Shown: piece after piece, positions 51,815 through 62,398 of the stretch
Position numbering within the stretch: position 1 is the stretch's first letter
Layout: every line of letters begins with the position of its first letter
NCBI GenBank assembly: GCA_965645245.1
Contig: OZ287074.1
Location: 1,488,001 to 1,552,000, forward strand
Direction of reading: 5' to 3'
DNA: 64,000 bases
Source: Massalongia carnosa
Lineage: Eukaryota
The notes under the pieces: generated by a model
The model's database searches: none
What the model was told of the DNA's origin: nothing
The model's input: the letters and a program-made list of their open reading frames with translations, nothing else
Translations under genes and position numbers: made by a program

Positions 51815-52147
51815 GATAAAAAGAATCAATCGACCGTATTATACCCAAAAGATATGTCTGTATCTTCAGCAGATAGAACGACTAATTGTTAATGGGTGAT
51901 GCTAGAATTTCATATGTAAGGAGCATACTTGTGGATGAGATTCATGTTAAAAGCCTTAGAGGACAAATATAATCTCTGACCACTCTGCGCATTTGATGAA
52001 GGTAGAAATATCACATATTTACAAACTTTCCACCGCCACTTCGCGTCCCATGAAATAACTCCTTATATAATTTGAGATTACCACTATTAAACCTATACAT
52101 CTGATAGGGTTTTCTGCCGCTAGGGACTTTCAGTAAATCATAGACTT

Positions 52148-54398
52148 ATGACACCAAGCTCTGGTTCAGATCATGGATCGTGTCAAGATTTCCCATCAAT
52201 TGTGACCTCCAATTATCCGTCTACACTGCCGAAGCAACCATCTTGCACTCGAGAACATGCGCCATCAATCCCGAGTCCTCAATCCCTTGGAAGTGATGAG
52301 CAGATCTTCACCTCAACAGGATCACTACAGCATTCACTTTATGACCAAGCTGAGACCAAAATCTTACCTACGTCAGCTTCCCAAATATATGACCAATCTT
52401 CTGGCCTGAATGCGTTTGCAACTGCTAGGTCATCCCCCACGATTCTAGGGAAGGAAAGCATTGAGGAGCCTCGACAAATCATACTGAGGGCTTTCGCTCC
52501 TTGCATCGCGGTATATTCGTCAATAGATACTGATAATTTTGTTAAACTCAAAGGCTTCTCTGAAGGGCTCTGTGCGCTATTAAGGCCTTTTGGGGAGGAT
52601 GTATCAGGTAGGGTTATTATACGAGATAGTGTGGGGGGCAGTAGAGCATGGGAAAACTTCGGATTGCGAGTTATCGATCCTGTTACATTACAGTACTCGG
52701 GGGGGAGGGACGATAGTAAGAAAGAGAACGTTTTGCAGCAGGAATCCGGTCTCCGAAAAAATTCTTATGGCTACGATCCCACAGCGGATATAGATGAGGT
52801 CGTGAATCAGTGTCTCAAATACAAGGACGAACTTCCTGGAGAAAAAACCTCATCAGCCAAGCATGCTTTCAGTTCAAGAACACATTCTTCGAATAGCCAG
52901 TTAGCGTATGCGTTATATCTTAGGAAACTTCTATCAAGCACGGGTATTGTGCCTTACGAAACCTTTTCTCACCCTGTTGGTTGTATTATAGCCATAAGCT
53001 CACGCAATTCAACACCGATAGAAACTTTGCACGAACTGTACGAGCGTACAGGCCAAAGAGCCGATTTAAAACATGTGTGGATGAGCACCGAGTATCTTCG
53101 ATATTACATACTTCTACATGATGAGGAGAATGATGATATTGCAAAGTCTATAGCACTATTCGACCTTATGAAACGGAACTTTGGGCTTCACTGCCACCTG
53201 CTAAGGCTTCGAAGTTCTCGGTGTTTACCGACAGATGATGATAGCGTCCTAGTTCCGCCATGTGATTGGCTATCCGCAGTGGACGATTTGGCTCAATTAC
53301 AGAAAAGATGTAAGTTGCAAAACGCACAAGCTGTTGGTATGCCGGCTCACGTTTGAAGACTACCTTGATGATGAGGATACCCCGGCGCACTTTGTATACG
53401 AATCTGACGCAACCGCAATCAAAGGTTTTCTCCGGGAAATGGTAACCCAGTCCATAGTACCATTTATGGAAAGCCGGGTCACGACATGGAACGATCAAGT
53501 TGGGTCCAGACGACGTGGCATAAGTGGTCGCCTCATGTCTCTATCGAAACGGTTGGCCGGGTTCGGGTCCACGAAGGCTAATCAAGCCTCGAGTTTATCC
53601 ACTTCTAATTCAGCAGGGAGCAACTTTGATGTTGTAAAGGGCTTCTACTTACCAGATACTTCAGAAGCAGTCATGCGACGACTTGCTGACTATGCCTTCA
53701 TGTTGCGAGATTGGAAAATGGCACACACCATGTACGAGTTGTTGCGTATCGACTTCGGCAACGACAAAGCGTGGATGTATCATGCCGCGGCTAATGAAAT
53801 GTCAGCTGTCAGCTATCTTTTGATGTCCCAAAATTTGGGCTCAAAAGCCAGGCCTGAAGCCTACGAGCAAAACTTGGAGAACGCATCATACTCATACCTC
53901 ACAAGATGCTCTAAAACGATTGGTGCCATCCGATGCCTAATGGTGGCAATGGAGCTCCTCAAAAGTGGCTGGGTTTCCGGTGTAGAGGACGCTGCTGCTT
54001 GTGGTATCAAACTACTTGAAATTGGCATATTAACACCAATAGCTCAAGCCTTTGTGGCGAAACGAATTGCGGATTGCTTCAGCACTCGGGCAGGAATCGG
54101 GATGTATAAAATAGGATCTCGTGAACGACGAGCAGCGTTGTGGAATCTGTTAACAACAAGAGCTTGTCTAGACTCTAAAAGGCTGTTGCAAGCTTGCGAA
54201 GAACTCCAGCTTGCCCGGGTTGTATACAGGCCATATGGTGAAAACGATACCATGCTACCATTTCTTTCAATGAACGAGTACTGGCAGAAACTAGAACAGA
54301 ATATGAATGATGAAAACAATAGGGTTTCATTAAAAAATAATAGAAGTGTTAAAAACTCGTCAAGTTCAACGATAAAATTTGAATATGTTAAAGTTTAA
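52148..54398 (+). CDS. TRS85: TRAPP III-specific subunit Trs85/TRAPPC8 (intron ~53309-53358)
   Basis: ETFSHPVGCIIAISS, YLRYYILLHDEE, MKRNFGLHCHLLRL, QSIVPFME..WNDQVGSRRRGISGR, RRLADYAFMLRDW. Confidence 0.9.
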
Positions 54399-56178
54399 AT
54401 ATAATAATTTGTTTAATATATTAATATTGATACATTGCTTTACAAAATAATTAGTCGAATCTTAAATCCCGAAACTATGCGGTTAAAAAAACAAATATTC
54501 AACTATTGAATTCAGTTGAACTTTAAATTTGATACAATTATATGATGATGATGATGTATTCATACTCCGATATGTCACCGGCCGTAGGCCGGCCCATGCG
54601 GGCAAAGCTATATAAGTTATGTTACATGGAAAACCTTTTTCAGGTGTAAAAACCATATCCCTAGATACCTGTCCGATGTGACACCAGGCCGACGTCGGAC
54701 AGGAGACGCAGAGCGAAAATCATGTGAGAACTGTGACGCCTTGTGAGATAAGAAGGAAAAGAGAAGTGAAACTACCGTTAATTGTATAATAGTGTAGATG
54801 TCAGTAAGAATTAGGGCAGTAGACCTGTTTTCATTAGCCAAGTAGTTAATATCTTTAGAGTTTTTTATGTTTCGGTCAGCTGTTGATAGTTGTTCGTGCC
54901 AGCGGCGCGAAACATCTGTTCTCTATTGTGAATAAGTATACAGAACATAATTACGTGTTCTGGAGTTTGTCTGTGCCAGCCACATGGGCAGGCCGGTGAG
55001 GTGACGGCGGGGACCCGTCGCTGGTAGAGGAAGTCAGCTAGACCGATCTTACCGGTGCGGATCTGTGTTGTCAGGGCGCTTTCTGCCTTTTTTAGCAGCG
55101 TGTGTATTTTCAGTCGTTTTTTGCTCAGTGGGACTGATTGCGCTATGGAGGGTTCGGTGACGCGATTTTGATATGCGCTCCACGAGTCGTTCCAGACTCT
55201 CAGCTGCCGTGCTTTAATTGTCTGCATTTGTTTTTGACGAGCCAACGCTGCTACGGAGACTTCGCGGAGATGCGCTGGGGAGGGGTCGGACCATGGTGGG
55301 TGTGCTTTAGGTGGTTGAACGATTTTTGCGTCGATCAGTAGGGTTTTGGCCCAGGTGTGCTTCAGCTCTCCCGGAGTGGATTTTTTAAGGCGTTTGCGAC
55401 CTGCCTTGCCTCGGATTTTGTTAACTATTTTGCTGCATGCTGAAGAAATGACCTTCGATTGACCTCCGGCTCGGAGTCGATGTCTGGCCTGCGCCTGTAG
55501 CGTGTCGAGGTGTATATCTATGGGTGCTATATATGTCTCTGCTTTAAGAACTGGAATGGGAGTGGCTTTAAAGGCACCGGCTATGGTGCGAAGGCAGTTG
55601 TTTTGCATAACGGAGAGCTTGCTCGTTGACGTTTTTGACTTTTTGACTTCTTTGGGCATGTGCTATACGGTTGACCCGTATGTCATGACCGGACGCACTA
55701 CGGCGCTGTAAACTTGCCTTGCTTTGGTGAAGTTGGCACCCCAAGTCGATGTGGAGATTTTTGTCAATGCCATTGATTGTTTGACCATTTTCTTTTGCGT
55801 TTTGCGAACGTGCGGTCCCCATTTCAATTTGGTGTCAATTTGCAAGCCTAAGACTCTAATGTCCGTTTTTGGTTCAATTTCGGTGCTTGCAATGTTGATA
55901 GATGCAGCCATATTGAATCTTTTGGGATTTCTAGACAAGTAAATGAGTTCGTACTTCGTTGGAACGAATAGAGATCCGTGTCGGGAAGCCCACTTTTCGC
56001 ATTGTCTGTGTATTGACTCCAGAGTCTTGCAATTCTCTTCGGTACTTTTTCCGTATGCCAAAATGTTGGCATCGTCTACAAATCCTATGGCACTTGTGTT
56101 TGTGCCTGGTCGCTCACATATTTCCAATAGGTCTGCATTATAGAATAGATAAAGGATAGATGAGAGAGGGGAGCCCTG

Positions 56179-56544
56179 TGCTACGCGTCTTCTTCGGTGC
56201 CTCAGGCGCGAGGGGTGTTTGGTCTTATATAGAGCGGTCTGTAGTGTTCGTCGGGTGCAACGGGAATAGCTTCACATAAATGAGAACAATCGTCAATGCA
56301 GTAGATTGTAACTATGAAGTTAAGATGGTAGGAAAGGTTGAACACGAAGTTTCCATAAGGGAATCTTCGCTACCTATATAGTCCTTGCTCACTCTGCTCG
56401 CCCTGCTCGCCCGTGAGCTCGGTGAACTCTTCAGCTCGCCCTGCTCACAAGTGAGCCAGGTGAGCTTTCCGCTGGGTCTAAACCTAGAATGGTTTAACTG
56501 TTCGATCCATAGTAGGATGTCCTATCCCTACTAGGGTCGTAACA
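56179..56544 (-). repeat. 3' LTR
   Basis: Direct repeat of 62033-62398 with 7 transitions; preceded on the element strand by the PPT. Confidence 0.97.
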
Positions 56545-56560
56545 CGATCCCCTCCTTTCC
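56545..56560 (-). other. Polypurine tract
   Basis: ggaaaggaggggatcg immediately upstream of the 3' LTR on the element strand. Confidence 0.85.
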
Positions 56561-56625
56561 TAACGCTAGTCCCTAGCGTTTTATAACGAATGTAATCCCC
56601 CGATGAATCCCCACCCCATCGCACC

Positions 56626-57120
56626 ATGACATCTCTCAAGGCCTGCAACCGTTTGCGTCTTTACAACACCATCGTTCGAGACGGTGATCCGGCGGTCACT
56701 GCTTGTCTTCTCTGTTCTTCTCTCTCGGTCGCTTGCGTAAGAATGGAGAATCATCCCAAGTGTGCGGAGTGTGTTCGTCGTGGTCGCCCCTGTGTTGGCG
56801 CTTCGTGGGAAAGTTTGGATCGCACTCGAGACAAGTTGGAATCCGACCTTAGCTTGGCTGAGGAGGAACTTGCTCGTGCGTTGGCGAAAGTGGCCCGTCT
56901 TCGCAAGACGTTAAGCCATACAAAATCAAAAGTTGATGAGAAGGCTCTCTGTCTCGCACAAGAGCTATCAGCGGATAATGATGGAACGGAGGACGAAGTC
57001 CTCCCTGATCTATCCCAATTTATGAAGGGATTGCCCGACGACTTCTGGCGCTCGGTGGCATCTCCTTCTGCTCTCGTCGGAAGTCCTTCAGGAGTTGTTG
57101 GCAGTTCTCAAGGTTCTTAA
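56626..57120 (+). CDS. Antisense accessory ORF of the retrotransposon: Zn(II)2Cys6-spaced protein with coiled coil and acidic tail (164 aa)
   Basis: CLLC-x6-C-x8-CAEC-x6-C; heptad LDRTRDKLESDLSLAEEELARALAKVARLRK; CACC-ATG start context; no stops or frameshifts. Confidence 0.75.
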   Translation: MTSLKACNRLRLYNTIVRDGDPAVTACLLCSSLSVACVRMENHPKCAECVRRGRPCVGASWESLDRTRDKLESDLSLAEEELARALAKVARLRKTLSHTKSKVDEKALCLAQELSADNDGTEDEVLPDLSQFMKGLPDDFWRSVASPSALVGSPSGVVGSSQGS

Positions 57121-60100
57121 GTGGTTCCCACGTGTTTTCCGATGTAGGATATTCTTTCCTCTTCACTAAGTATCTCTGACCTTGCTGCTCCAGGATCTTC
57201 TCGACTTCGAATTCGTTTTCTTCCTGAGACTCATAATGAAATGTTTCCTGTATAGGTGTGCTTGGGTCGGCTGGTTCCAATAACGATATATGGAATACTG
57301 GGTGTACTTTGGCGTCTTGAGGCAGCTTCAGTTCATAGCTGACTGCTCCTCTTTGTGCTTTGATGAAAAACGGACCGACCTTGACATGGTCAAGTTTCTT
57401 GCTTGGTTTCCTCGTTTTCAAATTCTTTGTTAGTAGGTACACTTTATCCCCTTCTTTCAGCTGAGGTGTCGTTTTTCTCTTCTTATTCTGGTAGATCTCG
57501 GATTTTTTCTGCATCCTCGTGATGTTCTCATGTATCCGTTTCATTGTTTCTACCCTTCCTATTGCTGATTGTGCCGAATAGCTCTGTCTAGCGTCTCCGA
57601 ACAAATTTGGTTCTCTTCCAAAGTTCGCGAAAAAAGGCGTAACTTTGGTAGTGTCAGACACCTTTGCGTTTAGTGCCAACTGTGCCATTGGTAAGAGTTC
57701 TACCCAATTGTTCTGTGTATCGTTGACATAATGTCGCAGATATTGCTCCAGACTTTGATTAGTCCTTTCCGTCTGACCATCCGTCTGTGGATGATAAGCA
57801 GTAGACATTCTTAGTCTCGTTCCTAACAGTGGAATCAACGTCTTCCAATAGTTAGACGTAAAGAGCTTGTCCCTATCGCTAGTGATTCCTTTCGGTATTC
57901 CGTGATACCAGATCAGTCTGTCGAGCACTATGGTTCCTAGCTGCTCTGCTGAGTATTTTTCTCGGAATGGTATTATGTGAGAATACTTGGTGAGTTTGTC
58001 CACTATCACCAATATCGAGTCGTATTCTTCCTTCGTTGTTGGGTCCTTAGATTTTGGAAACTTGACGATAAAGTCCATCGTGACTTCGTCCCATGGCGAT
58101 TCAGGTGGATCCTGATACTGTATTTCGCCGTACCTCGCATGAGTCGCATGCTTATTCTTTTGACAGCTAAGACATTGTCTGATATATGTCTCGACGTGTT
58201 CCCTCATCCTTGGAAACGTACATCTTTGTCGTAAAAGCCGCAGCGTTTTGCTGACACCTGGGTGGCCCTGTAATAACCCGTTATGGTGCTCTCTTATACA
58301 TTCATCGATTTTGTCTTCCGATATTTGGAGTTTTCCCTTCACTATGGGGAATTCCTCCTGGTCGTCTCTTATAATACGGAGTGTTGCGCTCAACTCCTGT
58401 TTGTTTGTTGATAATGATCCATCCTTGTTAAACTCGTAGGATGCTGTGACTGAAGATCTCCTTTGTCTCCATATGATCGCTTCGTCGACTCAGTGCATCT
58501 GCTCTGCCATTCTCTTTTCCTGGAGTATATTGTATCGTGAACTTATATTGTCCTAACAACTCTGACCATCGCACTTGTCGTCTATTCAACTGCTTTGTGG
58601 TTGTGAAGTGCAGTAGGTTCTTGTGGTCTGTGTATATGGTAAGTTCTGGTGCTCCTTCTGCGTACATTCTCCATGACTCCAAGGACGCTACGATTGCTAA
58701 TAGTTCCTTGTCATGAATGTCGTAGTTCTGTTCTGCTGGCGAGAGTTTCCTTGATAGGTTTGCAACTGGGTGCCACTTGCCGTCGTGTTCTTGGCTAAGA
58801 CATGCTCCAATCGCTAGATCTGATGCGTCGGTTTCGATCCTAATCGCTTTCCTTCCATCGAACATTTTCAAAACTGGTTCGTCTACACATGCTTGCTGCA
58901 GCTCCCTGAATGCTGCTTCCTGTTCTGGTTTCCACGACCATGTTATATCCTTCGCAGTGAGCCTAGTCAAAGGTACCGCCTTGGAGTAATCTTTAATGAA
59001 CTTTCTGTTATAGTTGACGAAACCTAGGAACGATTGTAGTTCCTTTATATTTGTTGGTGTTTTCCATTCTTTCACAGCCCTTATCTTTTCTGGGTCGATA
59101 CGGATCCCATGTTGGCCGATAATGAAGCCTAAAAAGTTGACTTCTTCTCTGTGGAATTCACATTTTTCTGGTTTCAACTTCAAGTTCCTTTCTTTCAAGC
59201 ATTCGAGTACTTTCTGCACATGTTCTACGTGCTCTCTCAGTGACTCGGAGTAGATCAGTATGTCATCGAGGTATGCGATAACAAAAATGTCGAGGTATTT
59301 CCTAAGCGTGTCATTGATCATTTCCTGACAGGTTGCCGGGGCGTTTGTCAACCCAAATGGCATAACCTGGTACTCGTAGTGACCATATCGTGTACGAAAA
59401 GCTGTTTTCCATTCTTCTCCCTCTTTCATGCGTATGAGATTATAGGCTCCCCTCAAGTCTAGCTTGGTATAGTATTTGGCCTTGCCTAATCTTGATTGCA
59501 ATTCTCCTATGTTGGGTAATGGATATCGGTTTTTTACCGTTATCTTGTTTAGCTTTCGATAATCGACACATAGGCGGAGTGTTCCATCCTTCTTGGGTAC
59601 AAAGAGGATTGGATATCCTGCCGGTGATTGAGATTTTCTAATGAATCCCTTCTTCATATTTTCATCCAGGTATTTTCGAAGTGCTTCTAGCTCCTTCTCG
59701 GAAAGTGCATATAGAGGTCCAAACGTGGGTTGCTTGCCTGGTTCTAGCTTGATCTCATGATCCCACGGTTGATGTATAGGTAGGGCCGCTGCCGTCACCT
59801 CTTCCCGGAACAGATCTTTCCATGCCCTGTATTCATCTGGTATTTCTCCTTCAGATTTACCGAGGGTCTCAGAAGGTACGTGACTTCCTTCACTAACTCT
59901 GACTTCGTGACCTGTTTGACCTAATCCAGTGTCTGTCGAGCCGAACTCCGTTATTGGATCGTTCTTATTCGAAGCTGCAAGTTCGCGCCTTGCGATCTTT
60001 TTTAGATTCTGCTTCTCATCTACCATCGAACTCTGCCGATGCGCAGGTTGGGCTGCAATCACGCAATTGCACCGCTCAAACTTGAGTACTCTCTTCGTCC

Positions 60101-60512
60101 AATCTATCGTTGGGTTGTGCTTCCTCAACCAAGGCATACCTAACACGATGTCGTGGCTGGCCATCCGAACAACATCAAATGTTAGCTCCTCGTAGTGCTG
60201 TTGGGTTGCTACCGGTAATGGTGTTGTTTCATTCACCACTCTTCCGTCCCCACTAGGTAACGGGTTTCCGTCTATGACCATTAGGTCGTACGCGTCGTCT
60301 TTCTTTCGAGTAGGTAACCCTTTCCTATCGACAAAAGATTGCGACATAAAATTCCCTGTCGCGCCCGAATCGACCATTGCTTGCAGTCGATGTCCGTTGA
60401 CATTAATCGGCGTCTGGAATATCCGTGCATAGCTAACTGAGTTTAACTGCTTCTGGGCTATCATGTTGATCTCTTTTGGTATGCCCTTTACCAAAAGATT
60501 ATGTCTTTTCCC
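57020..60512 (-). pseudogene. pol (PR-RT-RH-IN-chromodomain) with a 1-nt frameshift near 58430
   Basis: ORFs 58428-60494 and 57020-58393 join if one T is removed from GTTTAAC; HHCC, DDE core, VGPF, chromodomain FEVEKIL..YLVK..ENTWEP. Confidence 0.92.
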
Positions 60513-62014
60513 GGTTCTTCTTGCGTTGGCTGCTGCTGTCTCTTTGGCTTCCGTGGTCTCTTAGGGTACCACCCGGAACCTTCTTTCTCTGATATGTGTA
60601 TCTGGACAGTCGTCTTCATAGCAAGCCGTCCAGCTGAGGCATGCGTGGTTGCTTTCTCGTAGCGTCGCATCTTCTCGTCTCAGCGTCGGGATATTACTCG
60701 TTTGCGAGGCTGTGCTCCCCAATACTCCTTCAATTATTTCTCCTAGTTGAGAGTCGCGCTCGAACATGCGCTCTTCGGAAGTCTTCTCGGGCTGGTTGGT
60801 CATATCCCATGCTCCAGGGATTCTGCCCATTCGGTCCAGTCCTGCAATCATTTCGTCGAACTGCTGTCGCCCTAGTTCGGTCCATCCACACTCGTCTTCA
60901 TCCTCTTGTCTAGGATACGGTGTTGGTGGTCTAAATGTTGTCTTGATTGCTTCGTTCAACTGCGTTGTCGTCGCAGGTGCCTCGTATGATCCTTTTCCAT
61001 TGAGCACCTCGAGTAACTCTTCTCGGGTCTCTACATGGAAGTATTCGTCATCTGTGCTGGGGTCCAGGGGGCTCTCGATGCTTCTTGCGGTTCCCTCCTT
61101 TTCTATCTCTTCCCATGCATCAGGATCTCTTTTCAGTGTAGCATTGATCTGTCGTCGTTGCACTAAGTTCTTCGACCGACAATCCTTCGCGAAGTGGCCC
61201 GGTTTGCCACATGAATAGCACGTTTTGTTGTTTCTATTGTTTCCCCTATTCCTTCTAGGTTGGTCTCCTTGCGTCGCTGTGTCGAGTCCAGTTCCATAGG
61301 CGTAGTACCGTAGCTATCGGTATTATTCCTGAAACGTGGTCCTCCTCTGCGATAACCAGCTGGTCCCGTAAAAGTGCCTGCACTTCTGCGTGGATCGCTG
61401 TAACGTTTTTCCATGGCACGCTCGTAGAGCTTGTCGTCGAGTTCGATCGCGGCTCCCATCAAGGATCTGAGGCTATCTATGTCTCCGCCCCATCTCATAA
61501 GTTCGTCCTTGACATTATCCTTAAGGCCTCTCTTGTACATGGCCATTAGAGCTGCGTCGTCCCACTCGGTTAAGTTGGCTTGTTCCTGGAATCGTGCTGC
61601 GTATTCTGCTGCAGACGTTCGTTGTTGCAAATGTTGTATCGCTCTCTCCGCTGTTTCCTCTTCACTAGAGACTCCAAAGACCCTACGGATCTCGGTCTTG
61701 AAACAGTCATAGCGCGCGAATACATGTTCGGGATCTTCGTCATCATCTAGATGCTTGCGCAGAAATGGTTTGAACCATCTCTCGGCCCTTCCTCTAAGAA
61801 AGGTTGATGCGAATAAGGTTTTCTTTGCTGTTGGAACATTATTAAAGGTAAAGTAGATGTCTACCTGTGTGAGCCAATCGTCCAGTCCATTACGATCTCC
61901 GTGGTATACGTCAGGCTTGTTGACCCTGACCTTGTCGTCATCGGTAGTCGTCGTCTGGTGCTGGGTATTGCCAATGGTGCTTGGAGTAGAAGTTCGTTGA
62001 CCTGATACAGACAT
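60488..62014 (-). pseudogene. gag with two 1-nt frameshifts (~61265, ~60605)
   Basis: KVNKPDVYHGDR-type capsid start, PMELD, knuckle CYSCGKPGHFAKDC in a shifted frame, LSWTACYEDDC..IH..GSGWYP. Confidence 0.88.
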
Positions 62015-62022
62015 CTTTAAGG

Positions 62023-62030
62023 GTGTTCAA
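62023..62030 (-). other. Putative self-priming primer-binding site (TTGAACAC)
   Basis: No TGG tRNA-type PBS; the sequence is complementary to GTGTTCAA at 62199-62192 within the 5' LTR. Confidence 0.65.
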
Positions 62031-62032
62031 AG

Positions 62033-62398
62033 TGCTACGCGTCTTCTTCGGTGCCTCAGGCGCGAGGGGTGTTTGGTCTTATATAGAGCGGTCTGTAGTG
62101 TTCGTCAGGTGCAACGGGAATAGCTTCACATAGATGGGAACAATCGTCAATGCAGTAGATTGTAACTATGAAGTTAAGATGGTAGGGAAGGTTGAACACG
62201 AAGTTTCCATAAGGGAATCTTCGCTACCTATATAGTCCTTGCTCACTCTGCTCGCCCCGCTCGCCCGTGAGCTCGGTGAACTCTCCAGCTCGCCCTGCTC
62301 ACAAGTGAGCCAGGTGAGCTTTCCGCTGGGTCTAAACCTAGAACGGTTTAACTGTTCGATCCATAGTAGGATGTCCTATCCCTACTAGGGTCGTAACA
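62033..62398 (-). repeat. 5' LTR (TATATA at 62229-62234)
   Basis: Direct repeat of 56179-56544; gag ATG begins 18 nt downstream. Confidence 0.97.

Larger units (their letters stand above)
56179..62398 (-). mobile_element. Full-length Ty3/Gypsy chromovirus LTR retrotransposon (6220 bp)
   Basis: 366-bp TG..CA LTRs, 5-bp TSD CCCTG (56174-78 and 62399-403), gag with CCHC, PR (DSGA), RT (YLDD), RNase H, integrase and chromodomain in Gypsy order. Confidence 0.98.
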
